Assembly (NCBI GenBank): GCA_903889965.1
Contig: CAISZM010000040.1
Span: 38,439-102,438, forward strand
DNA length: 64,000 nucleotides
Direction: 5' to 3'
Origin: an uncultured Elusimicrobia bacterium
GTDB lineage: Bacteria > Elusimicrobiota > Elusimicrobia > Elusimicrobiales > UBA9959
Position 1 is the stretch's first letter. Every line of letters begins with the position of its first letter. The notes below the pieces were generated by a model. The model was not told the origin of the DNA. It did no database searches and worked only from the letters and a program-made list of their open reading frames with translations. Below are positions 39,577-48,109 of this stretch, piece after piece. The translations under genes and the position numbers were made by a program.

Positions 39577-40338
39577 TTACATCCAGGGCATCTTTTTACG
39601 TTCGCCTATAAAAGGGAACCGCTCGCGGGTCCTGGCTACCAGCGCGCCGTCCAGCGGGGTTCCCGCGATAAAGATACCCTCTGAAGTCCCGCAGTCCAGA
39701 ACCACTTTGCCCAGCGGGTCATAGCACATGGAGTTCCCTGAATACTCCACTTTGCCCTCCATGCCGAGGCGGTCCACGCCTATACAATACGCCTGGTTTT
39801 CCACGGCGCGGGCGCGCAGCAGCGTCATCCACTGCTCCGCGCGGCGCATCGGCCAGGCGGCTATCACCACGTAGACATCGGCCGCGGAAGCCATGTTCCA
39901 GAACAGGTAGGGAAAGCGCAGATCGAAACAAACCGCCGGCATAACGCGCAGGCCCTCGAGCTCGAACACTTCCTGGCCGGAACCGGCGCTGTAGTGTTTG
40001 TCCTCTTCGCCGAAGGCGTAGAGGTGGATCTTGGAATAGGCGTTGACGCGGTTACCCTTACGGTCCAGGGTTATAAGTTTGTTGAAACCCTTTTCAACCC
40101 CGCCGTAGGAAATATTTATATTATTTTCCGCCGCAAGTCCCGCGAAGAAGGCGCGGTCCTCGTCGTTGAGTTCGGCCGCAGCGGTATTCATCGTAAAACC
40201 GGAAAGTGTCATTTCGGAAAATATAAGCCAGTCTATTTCCTTAACGCACTTGCAGGCATCAAGCAGTTCCTCTATCTTCTTTTTATTGGCCTCCTTGTCC
40301 TCCCACTTGATATCGTACTGGCAGATCGCTATTTTCAT
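39577..40338 (-). CDS. carbon-nitrogen hydrolase, YafV/omega-amidase-like
   Basis: 253 aa. The catalytic E-K-C contexts are 'LIFSEMTLSGF', 'YSKIHLY' and 'PAVCFDLRFP'. Length and layout resemble my recollection of E. coli YafV. Confidence 0.85.
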   Translation of the reverse strand: MKIAICQYDIKWEDKEANKKKIEELLDACKCVKEIDWLIFSEMTLSGFTMNTAAAELNDEDRAFFAGLAAENNINISYGGVEKGFNKLITLDRKGNRVNAYSKIHLYAFGEEDKHYSAGSGQEVFELEGLRVMPAVCFDLRFPYLFWNMASAADVYVVIAAWPMRRAEQWMTLLRARAVENQAYCIGVDRLGMEGKVEYSGNSMCYDPLGKVVLDCGTSEGIFIAGTPLDGALVARTRERFPFIGERKKMPWM

Positions 40339-40372
40339 AATGATACGTTCTCCGTGGATCGGTCAACCGCCC

Positions 40373-42793
40373 TTACCTGCGGCCTCTGACTTGTGACTTG
40401 CGCCTGTTCAGCATGGCAAGCGCCACTTTTTCTTTTGTGACAGGCATGGATTGTATCCTTACCCCGACGGCGTCGGCCACGGCGTTCGCTATAAGCGGGG
40501 CGGCCGGTATCATGGTGTGCTCTCCCACGCCGCGCGCGCCGTAGGGTCCGTCGGGCTGGGCTACCTCGATGATTATCGGAACCACCTTCTCGGGCATATC
40601 CATAACCGTAGGTATTTTGTAGTCCGAAAAGTTGGGGTTCAGCAGGCGCCCCTTCTCGTTGAAGCGCATGTCCTCGTAGAGCACGGTGGCGAAGCCCTGC
40701 AGCAAGCCGCCCACTATCTGGCCCCTTACAAGGTCGGGGTTTATGGCCTTGCCGCAGTCGACCGCCAGCACGGCTTTCTTTATCTTCATCTTGCCGGTCT
40801 CCCGGTCCACTTCCAGTATTATGCCGGCCGAGCCGGTAGTGTAATGCACGTTGGGATGGCCGCCTTGCCCCGTTTCCGGGTCGCTTATGGCCGAAGCGAA
40901 TTCCGGCATGAACATGCCGGTGCCCATTATGGGTCCGCCCTTGAAGGTGTGATCGTCGGCCTGTATGCCGTTGATGACGAAATCGCGCAGGCGGAGCTCG
41001 AATTCGGGCCGCGTGCGGCATTTAACTTTTTCGTCCTCGAGGTAGAGGGTGCTCTTGTCGAGGCAGTGCACACGCTGCACCAGGCCGAAGATCTTCTCCC
41101 TGGCCTCGATGGCCGCGCGCTTGACGGCGTTGCCGCAGCCCCAGGTAACGTGGGAGCCCACCGTCTGCCACTCGTAGGGGTTGCGGTCGGTATCCGGGGT
41201 CTCCACGCGTATCTTGGCTACGGGCACGCTCAGCACCTCGGACGCTATCTGGGCCATCACGGTCAGGAGGCCCTGCCCGATCTCCATGCCGGAAACAAGT
41301 ATGTTGATGCTGGCGTCCTCGTTAAATTTCAGGAAGGCGCTGGAACTGGCGTTCGGGGGCATGGCGGGGGACTTCCAGAAGCAGACCAGGGACTTGCCTA
41401 TGGCCTTCTTCGGGTCCTTGGATCTTTCTTTAACGCCCCATTTAATTTCCTTCTCCACTTTTTCTATGGCCTCGCGTATGCCGTTGGGATTCATGTGCGC
41501 GCCGTAGGGCAGAGTGTCGCCTTCCCGGATGGCGTTCCTTTTGCGGAAGGCCACCGAGTCCACCCCGAGCTTCTCCGCCATGCGCGTGATATGCGACTCC
41601 AGGCCGAAGAGAAATTCGGAATAGCCGAAGCCGCGGTAAGGCCCGCCGGGGGGGAGATTGGTATAGATGCACATGGAGTCGATGCTGAGATTGTCCACCC
41701 TGTAGGGACCGCTTGCGGAGAGGCCGGCCGCGTTGACGACGTTGGCGCCGTATTCCACGTAAGCGCCGGCGTCCCAGTAAAGCTTAAAATCCAGCGCGGT
41801 TATGCGCCCGTCCTTCTTTACGCCCATTTTCACCTTCGCCGTTACGCCCTGGCGCTGGTAGGTGTTGTAAAATTCCTGCGCGCGGCTCCACAGCACTTTG
41901 ATGGGACGGCCGGGAACCGACATGGCGAGCGCCGCCCCGATTATTTCCATGCTGACCCCGGCCTTGCCGCCGAAGCCGCCGCCGATGTAAGTGCTTATTA
42001 CCCGCACGTCCTTATGGCTGATGCCGAAGGGCTCGAGCGCCTGGGCGAAGACGTTCCTCTGGGTGAAAGGCGACTGGGAGGCGGTCCACATGGTGAGGCG
42101 GCCGGAATCGTCGTAGAGGCCTATGACGGAATGCGGCTCGATAGCGCAATGCGCGTAGCGCGGGACGCAGTAGGTGTCCTCCATGACGAGGTCGGCTTCC
42201 TTGAAGCCTTTGGCGAGGTCGCCCTTGCGGGTTTTGCGCCAATGGGCGATATTGGTGCCCGGCTGGGGGAAGAACCACGGCACATGACGGTAGCTCTTCA
42301 GGTCGGGGTGGACGAGGGGGGATTTTTTATCCAGGGCCTTTACGGGATCGAAGACAGGGGTGAGCTCCTCGTATTCCACCGCCACGAGGGCGGCACCGCG
42401 CAGGGCCGTTTTGGGGTCGGTGGCGACCACGGCGGCCACCTGCTCTCCGACGAAGCGCACCGTGTCGGTGGCGAAGACATAGCGATCGGTCATGTAGAGG
42501 CCGAATTTATGGGTGAAACTGCGGCCGGTGACCACTTTTACCACGCCGGGCAGTTTCTCGGCTTTGGAAACGTCTATGGACTTTATCTTCGCGTGGGCGA
42601 GGGGGCTTTCCACCACGGCGGCGTAGAGCAGGCCGGGGCCGAATTCCAGGTCGTCGGTATACTTGGCGGCGCCTTTTATCTTTTCCCAGCCATCCACGCG
42701 CAGCACGCTTTTGCCGACCACATCCAGTTCCTCGACGCCTTTTCCGGACTTAGCCCCCTTCCCGGGTTTAGCTATAATTTTCTGTAGGTCCAT
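40373..42793 (-). CDS. molybdopterin-binding large subunit of an XDH/CoxL-family hydroxylase
   Basis: 806 aa from the Met at 42793 (GAGGAT upstream); the track start at 42919 is an extension. It has 'GKSVLRVDGWEKIKGAAKYTDD', 'GGGFGGK' and 'ARGVGEHTMIPAAPLIANAV'. Confidence 0.9.
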   Translation of the reverse strand: MDLQKIIAKPGKGAKSGKGVEELDVVGKSVLRVDGWEKIKGAAKYTDDLEFGPGLLYAAVVESPLAHAKIKSIDVSKAEKLPGVVKVVTGRSFTHKFGLYMTDRYVFATDTVRFVGEQVAAVVATDPKTALRGAALVAVEYEELTPVFDPVKALDKKSPLVHPDLKSYRHVPWFFPQPGTNIAHWRKTRKGDLAKGFKEADLVMEDTYCVPRYAHCAIEPHSVIGLYDDSGRLTMWTASQSPFTQRNVFAQALEPFGISHKDVRVISTYIGGGFGGKAGVSMEIIGAALAMSVPGRPIKVLWSRAQEFYNTYQRQGVTAKVKMGVKKDGRITALDFKLYWDAGAYVEYGANVVNAAGLSASGPYRVDNLSIDSMCIYTNLPPGGPYRGFGYSEFLFGLESHITRMAEKLGVDSVAFRKRNAIREGDTLPYGAHMNPNGIREAIEKVEKEIKWGVKERSKDPKKAIGKSLVCFWKSPAMPPNASSSAFLKFNEDASINILVSGMEIGQGLLTVMAQIASEVLSVPVAKIRVETPDTDRNPYEWQTVGSHVTWGCGNAVKRAAIEAREKIFGLVQRVHCLDKSTLYLEDEKVKCRTRPEFELRLRDFVINGIQADDHTFKGGPIMGTGMFMPEFASAISDPETGQGGHPNVHYTTGSAGIILEVDRETGKMKIKKAVLAVDCGKAINPDLVRGQIVGGLLQGFATVLYEDMRFNEKGRLLNPNFSDYKIPTVMDMPEKVVPIIIEVAQPDGPYGARGVGEHTMIPAAPLIANAVADAVGVRIQSMPVTKEKVALAMLNRRKSQVRGRR

Positions 42794-42902
42794 ATTATCC
42801 TCGCTATACCGCGCCGAGATCTTATTGCAAGTGTCTGTTCTTACAAGGGAGCCGCCGCCGGGTTTTACGCGCTCCGGGACCGTGCTTTGCCGGGAAGCGG
42901 GC

Positions 42903-43610
42903 TTACGCCGGCTTCGCAACCCGGCGCTGCGGCCTGAAATAGCGCGTCATCCTTCGAAAACAGAGAGCGGCATTATAAAACGCAAGCCTCGATCTCTCGG
43001 CAAGACTTACTTTCAGGATGTCCTTGCGGGCATAAACACTGTCGGACTTATCCTTGAACCAAACCGCGTAATTATTGGTCTTCATCCAATTCCGTATTTC
43101 CTTCAAGAAGGGGTTCAAATAGTATTTGCCGTGCGTTTCGATCGATATCACCGCGGGACGGCTGACCATATGCTTTAAGACGAACCATTCACTGCCCTCA
43201 ACGTCTATGACAGCCAGATCTATCCTGCCGTTATCCAGCGAAGCGAATCGGCAGGAATCGACAACGAAACTATCCTTATCGGAAGGAACATAGCCGTCAT
43301 TCACCACGGCGGGCGTATCGTGCCCGCCGATAAATGTGGAAGATGCGCAGTGATACAGCTCGACAGAGCCCTCTGTGTCCGACACGGCTTTATTTACTAT
43401 TTTTACGCGGCTATTGCCGCTGAAATATTCGCGTATCTTTTGAACATAACCGGGATCCGCGTCGACCAGCAGCGCCTCGCATCCGTCATTGATAAAATCC
43501 AGGACCATGGAAGTTTCCGGAAGATAAACGCCGACTTCCGCGACATAAGCGGGCTTGAACGGTTTTTTCGCACAGCGCAGATAAATTTCCTTTTTTTGCA
43601 TGAGGCGCAC
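42903..43610 (-). CDS. FkbM-family methyltransferase
   Basis: 235 aa starting at GTG 43610 or ATG 43601. 'IDLAVIDVEGSEWFVLKHM' is the FkbM-type block. Hand count over 43021-43200 gives 84/180 = 47% GC, against 36/60 = 60% at 42301-42360. Confidence 0.75.
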   Translation of the reverse strand: MRLMQKKEIYLRCAKKPFKPAYVAEVGVYLPETSMVLDFINDGCEALLVDADPGYVQKIREYFSGNSRVKIVNKAVSDTEGSVELYHCASSTFIGGHDTPAVVNDGYVPSDKDSFVVDSCRFASLDNGRIDLAVIDVEGSEWFVLKHMVSRPAVISIETHGKYYLNPFLKEIRNWMKTNNYAVWFKDKSDSVYARKDILKVSLAERSRLAFYNAALCFRRMTRYFRPQRRVAKPA

Positions 43611-43688
43611 TGCCCTTTACCCGTTTTCCCGCTGCTTCCGGCCCGCCTTAAGAATTGCCCTCATCTTTTGGAGGGCCGCCGCCGGAAA

Positions 43689-44156
43689 CTATTTCTCCCT
43701 GGCCGCTTCCTCTATGGCCTCGACTATCGGTTCGTAGCCCGTGCAGCGGCAAAGGTTGCCGGCTATGGCCTCTTTAATATCATGCTTAGTTGGCCTGGGG
43801 TCCTTTTCAAGCAGTTCCGTGGCGGAGAGTATTATCCCGGGGGCACAGAAGCCGCACTGGAAGGCGTTCTTCTCGTGGAATTTTTTCTGCAGCCGCTGCG
43901 TCCACTTGCGGGTGTTGGCGCCTTCGAGCGTCACGATCTCCGAGCCGTCGGCCTCCACCGCGAGGGCGAGGCACGAGCGTATGGTTTTGCCGTTCATCAG
44001 CACGGTGCAGGTGCCGCAGTCTCCCCGGTCGCACCCCACTTTGGGACTTTTGATGCCAAGCTTCCCGCGCAGGACGTCAAGCAGCACGTCGCTCGGCTCG
44101 ACCGTCAAAGAAACCTTTTCACCGTTAAGTTTGAATTGTATATTGTGAAGTTTCAT
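43689..44156 (-). CDS. [2Fe-2S]-binding small subunit of XDH/CoxS-family hydroxylase
   Basis: 155 aa from the Met at 44156. It has 'GCDRGDCGTCTVLMNG', 'QCGFCAPG' and 'NLCRCTGY'. The track start at 44246 is an extension. Confidence 0.92.
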   Translation of the reverse strand: MKLHNIQFKLNGEKVSLTVEPSDVLLDVLRGKLGIKSPKVGCDRGDCGTCTVLMNGKTIRSCLALAVEADGSEIVTLEGANTRKWTQRLQKKFHEKNAFQCGFCAPGIILSATELLEKDPRPTKHDIKEAIAGNLCRCTGYEPIVEAIEEAAREK

Positions 44157-44169
44157 TTTGTATGGCTCC

Positions 44170-45063
44170 TTAACAGATGTTGCCCTCGCCGTATTTCGGC
44201 CCCTTGCCGAAAAGCCGGGCCACGGCCGTTTCAAGCCCGCGCTCAAGCATTATCTGCGCCATGTGCAGGCGGTACTCTTTGGAGGAGCGGATATCGCTGA
44301 TAGGGGAGATCTCCCCCAGTATGGCTTCTTTGGCGCCGGCCAGGATCTTCGCCGAAAGCGTATTGCCGTTCAGCACCGCCTCGGTTTTGGGGCAGCGGGA
44401 GGGTTTGGGGCCAAGCGCGCAGGCGGCGACGCGGTAGGTCTTGTCCGCGAAAGCCGCGACTGCTATCCCGCCCTGAGCCAGGTCCTCTCCTTCGTAGCGG
44501 GAAAGCTTCATGTAGCAGCCGGCGTGGCTGCCGGCCGGCTGGCGCATTTCAACGGCGGTGACTATCTCCTCCGGCAGCAGGGCGGTTTTCTTCGGGCCGG
44601 TGAACCAGTCCGCGATCGCTATGCGCCGCTCCCCGTTTATGCCGCGGGCCACTACTTCGGCGCCGTAAACCGCCAGCGCCGGGGCGGAATCGGCGGAGGG
44701 TACCGCTGAACATATGTTGCCGGCCAGCGTGGCCCGGTTGCGCACGCCCGTGGAGGCGATGGTAAGCGAGGCTTCCCAAAGCAGCGGGAACCTGCTTTTT
44801 ACGAGCGCGGAGCCTATAAGGTCGGAAAAAGTGACCAGGGCGCCGATACGCAGAACTCCGCCTTTAAGAGCGAGCCCGGCCAGCTCCTCAAGGGCTTTCA
44901 GGTCCACGATCACGTCGGGCCGGGCGATGTTCTCTTTAAGGTGCACCACCAGGTCCGTGCCGCCTGCTAGCGCCCGCGCTTTTTCGCGGTAAAGCGAAAA
45001 GACATGGAGGGCTTCGTCCATGTCTTTAGGTTTGACGTACTCAAATTCAGCGGTAATAGGCAT
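44170..45063 (-). CDS. FAD-binding medium subunit of XDH/CoxM-family hydroxylase
   Basis: 297 aa with 'ALAGGTDLVVHLKE' and 'TLAGNICSAVPSADSAPAL'. Confidence 0.9.
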   Translation of the reverse strand: MPITAEFEYVKPKDMDEALHVFSLYREKARALAGGTDLVVHLKENIARPDVIVDLKALEELAGLALKGGVLRIGALVTFSDLIGSALVKSRFPLLWEASLTIASTGVRNRATLAGNICSAVPSADSAPALAVYGAEVVARGINGERRIAIADWFTGPKKTALLPEEIVTAVEMRQPAGSHAGCYMKLSRYEGEDLAQGGIAVAAFADKTYRVAACALGPKPSRCPKTEAVLNGNTLSAKILAGAKEAILGEISPISDIRSSKEYRLHMAQIMLERGLETAVARLFGKGPKYGEGNIC

Positions 45064-45153
45064 AATTCATCTCCAGCTCAAAGTGCGGAACGGATAGTGC
45101 GGAGCGCAGGTAAAAATCGCCCTCCGCCGCCAGCTATCCGCGCTTAACTCCCG

Positions 45154-45969
45154 TTACGCCGTCCAGGCCACGACGCGGCCCATGGCCGACTCAAGCTCAA
45201 TGCCCTTCAGGGGGAAGAAGCCCAGCCAGCAGCGTTTATTGGAAAGTTTTTCGATGTCGCCGCCGAGGTTCTCGGCGTGCACGAGGCGTTTCGGGAAAAG
45301 CTTCAGGTGCATCACCTGATAGTATTCCTCGCTGGGGAACATCTCGTCCCATTTTTTGCCGTAGTTCTCCACCAGCTTGTTCTCGGCCTCGGTGAACAGC
45401 TTCGGATGCCAGTTGCGGATTATGGTGTTCATGGGGTGGTCGGCCGAGCCGCAGTCCACGCCTATCCACTTGAATTTCATCGCGAGCGCCCACTTATGGA
45501 ATTTGGGGCCCGGCCCCGGGTGCTTGCAGAAATACCGCACTTCGTCACATGTGTTTTTTTCATACCAGGCGTATTTATGGTATCCGGTATTGATTATTAA
45601 AATATCGCCCTTGCGGATATCGGCGCGTTTCATGAGCATCTCAGGCTCATAAAGGTCGTAATCCCCCACGTCTTTTGAGATATCCACAACTACGGCGTTG
45701 CCTATCCATTCCTTCATTGGCACCTCGCCTATGGTGCGCCCGGCGCTGTAAAAATGGATCTCACCGTCCATATGCGTGCCCACATGGTTGGAAGTCGTCA
45801 TTATCTGGCCGTTGGCGCCCTGGCCCATATGCGCGCCGGCTATGCGCTTGAAATACTGGAGCTGCAGCGGCATGTAGCTCGGCCACGGGGGGGTATGGAT
45901 GCTCAGCGGCTGGGTAAGGTCGTACATCTTCGCCTTTTCCATGAATTTGATGAAGTCGTTGGGTCTCAT
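45154..45969 (-). CDS. cyclase-family metal hydrolase (kynurenine formamidase / isatin hydrolase family)
   Basis: 271 aa. The HxGTHxDxxxH motif is 'HVGTHMDGEIH', and 'IGVDCGSADHP' is also present. A strong SD (GGAGGAAAA) lies upstream. Confidence 0.85.
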   Translation of the reverse strand: MRPNDFIKFMEKAKMYDLTQPLSIHTPPWPSYMPLQLQYFKRIAGAHMGQGANGQIMTTSNHVGTHMDGEIHFYSAGRTIGEVPMKEWIGNAVVVDISKDVGDYDLYEPEMLMKRADIRKGDILIINTGYHKYAWYEKNTCDEVRYFCKHPGPGPKFHKWALAMKFKWIGVDCGSADHPMNTIIRNWHPKLFTEAENKLVENYGKKWDEMFPSEEYYQVMHLKLFPKRLVHAENLGGDIEKLSNKRCWLGFFPLKGIELESAMGRVVAWTA

Positions 45970-45974
45970 AAGGC

Positions 45975-46016
45975 TTTTCCTCCGGAAGATACGATCTGCA
46001 GGCCGCCGGCGGGAAA
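45975..46016 (-). promoter_or_regulatory. possible SD-sequestering hairpin in the leader of the cyclase gene
   Basis: The minus-strand RNA is UUUCC-CG-CCGG(N20)CCGG-A-GGAAAA. The 5+4 bp stem covers the GGAGGA Shine-Dalgarno 8 nt before the ATG. A second CCGGAGGAAA copy lies at 46141-46151. Confidence 0.3.
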
Positions 46017-46216
46017 TCCGCTGGGAATTTGCGCCAGGCGGCAGGCTTGTCTATATGAAAATTCTAACAAATGCGGGGGTAGGTTCAATGCGGAGCACGC
46101 CGAACGGCATCGGCCGCATGGCGCGGCGGAAACAGGGGATATTTCCTCCGGGGCCCGGGAACCGGGCCGCGCCAAAAGCCCCATCCGGCGGCCCGGCCGT
46201 GAGGCGAGTAAAACGT

Positions 46217-47965
46217 CTATTTTATTTCGGCCTTCAGCTCCTTGAGTTTAGCCGGGACCTCGTCCAGCTTCCAGCGCAGCGCCGTTTTTTCGGCGCGGCG
46301 CTTGAATTCGCATTCCCCGTCTTTCAGGGTCTTGGAGCTTACCACTACGCGCCAGGGCAGGCCTATCAGGTCCGCGTCCTTGAACTTCACGCCAGGACGC
46401 TCGTCCCGGTCGTCCCAGAGCGCTTCCATACCCTCGGCCTGTATGGCTGAGCAGATGGCGGCGGAAGCCTCGGCGACGGCCTTATCCTCGCTCTCTATGC
46501 TGATCAGCGAGAATTCGAAAGGCGCTATGGCGGGAGGCCAGATTATGCCCCACTCGTCGTGCCCCTGCTCTATTGCGGCGGCCACGGTCCGCGTCACGCC
46601 TATGCCGTAACAGCCCATCACCATCGGCATTTCCTTCTGGTGCTCGTCCAGGAAATTACACTTCAGCGACTTGGAATACTTTGTGCCGAGTTTGAAAGTC
46701 TGCCCCACTTCTATGCCGCGCGTGAAGCCGAAGGGCTTCGCGCACTTGGGACACAGGTCGCCTGCCGCGGCCACGTGGATATCGGCGAAAGAATCCGGGT
46801 TGTAATCGCGCCCGAGGTTGATGCCTGTGGCGTGCGTGTCGTTCTTGTTTGCGCCGGAGACGCCGTTAAAGACGTTCTTCAGCGCGTTATCGGCTATCAC
46901 GGTCTTAAGGGGCCGTGTGTCCTTGCCGGGAACGTAGCGCTCCTTTATACCTACCGGGCCGGCGAAACCGGCGGGGCAGCCGGCTATAGCCTCGTAGATG
47001 TGCTGCGGAGCCTTTTCGAGGTTAGCCGCTCCGATGACGCGGCGCAGCTTGTTCTCGTTAAGTTCGTGGTCGCCGCGCACCAGCGCCATGACGGGTTCCC
47101 CGTCGGCCAGGAAAAACAGCGTCTTTATGAACTGCTTAGGATTCATCTTGAGGAACTTGGCTACATCCTCTACGGTGTAAAGCCCCGGGGTCGGGACCTC
47201 CTTGACCGGCTGGAGCTTGGAGGGGTCCGCCTGGCGGGCGGGTTGCTCGGAGACTTCGGCCTTCTCGGTATTGGCCGCGTAGCCGCAGCCGGGGCAGAGC
47301 GCTATCTCGGCCTCGCCGGTATCGGCTATAACCATGAACTCATGGGAGTGGTTGCCGCCTATCGGGCCGCTGTCGGCCTCCACAGGTTTGAAGGTAAGGC
47401 CGCAGCGGGTGAAGATCTTCTCGTAGGCGGAATAGAGTATTCCGTACCATTTTTGCGCGTCCTCGTCCGAGGCGTGGAAGGAGTAGGCGTCCTTCATCAG
47501 GAACTCGCGCGAACGCATCACGCCGTAACGCGGCCGTATCTCGTCGCGGAACTTCAGGCCGAACTGGTAAAGCAGTATCGGGAGCTGCCGGTAGGAGCTG
47601 ACGTCACGGCGGACCATGTTGGTTATAACTTCTTCGGCGGTGGGGGCGAAGCAGAATTCGGAATCCTTGCGATCGGTCAGGCGCAGCAGCTCCTTGCCGT
47701 AGATCTGCCAGCGGCCGGTTTCCATCCACAGTTCTTTGGGCTGTATGACCGGAAGGCGCACCTCCTGGCCGTCCACGCGGTTGAGCTCCGAACGAACTAT
47801 GTTCTCGACCTTCTGCAGTACGCGCAGGCCGAGCGGCAGCCACTCGTAAATGCCGCTGGCGAGCTTTCGGATCATGCCGGCGCGGAACATAAGCTTCACG
47901 GAAACGTTGTCTGCGTCCTGCGGCGCCTCGCGCAGCGTAGGGAGAAAATATTTGGAAAGTTTCAT
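46217..47965 (-). CDS. proS: proline--tRNA ligase (bacterial type with editing domain)
   Basis: 582 aa with 'FRDEIRPRYGVMRSREFLMKDAYSF' and 'MGCYGIGVTR'. Confidence 0.96.
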   Translation of the reverse strand: MKLSKYFLPTLREAPQDADNVSVKLMFRAGMIRKLASGIYEWLPLGLRVLQKVENIVRSELNRVDGQEVRLPVIQPKELWMETGRWQIYGKELLRLTDRKDSEFCFAPTAEEVITNMVRRDVSSYRQLPILLYQFGLKFRDEIRPRYGVMRSREFLMKDAYSFHASDEDAQKWYGILYSAYEKIFTRCGLTFKPVEADSGPIGGNHSHEFMVIADTGEAEIALCPGCGYAANTEKAEVSEQPARQADPSKLQPVKEVPTPGLYTVEDVAKFLKMNPKQFIKTLFFLADGEPVMALVRGDHELNENKLRRVIGAANLEKAPQHIYEAIAGCPAGFAGPVGIKERYVPGKDTRPLKTVIADNALKNVFNGVSGANKNDTHATGINLGRDYNPDSFADIHVAAAGDLCPKCAKPFGFTRGIEVGQTFKLGTKYSKSLKCNFLDEHQKEMPMVMGCYGIGVTRTVAAAIEQGHDEWGIIWPPAIAPFEFSLISIESEDKAVAEASAAICSAIQAEGMEALWDDRDERPGVKFKDADLIGLPWRVVVSSKTLKDGECEFKRRAEKTALRWKLDEVPAKLKELKAEIK

Positions 47966-47981
47966 GGTCAGACTCCTAAAA

Positions 47982-48101
47982 ACGATTCAAGATTCCAGAT
48001 TGAAGATTCAAGATTACCGAACAAAGAGCGGACATAATGCAGTTAAATATTTCCAGTATTACAGATTCTTCAATCTTCAATCTGATAATCTTCAATTCTT
48101 C
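47982..48101. repeat. AT-rich inverted array of 7-bp-periodic pentamer repeats (AGATT / AATCT)
   Basis: The left arm has (C/A)GATT at 47982, 47989, 47996, 48003 and 48010, an exact 7-nt period. The right arm has AATCT at 48071, 48078 and 48086, and AATTC at 48093. The arms are about 85% reverse-complementary over about 34 bp with a spacer of about 43 nt. On the minus strand the hairpin is followed by UUUUU, AGGAG and the proS ATG. Confidence 0.8.
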
Positions 48102-48109
48102 GTATCGGC

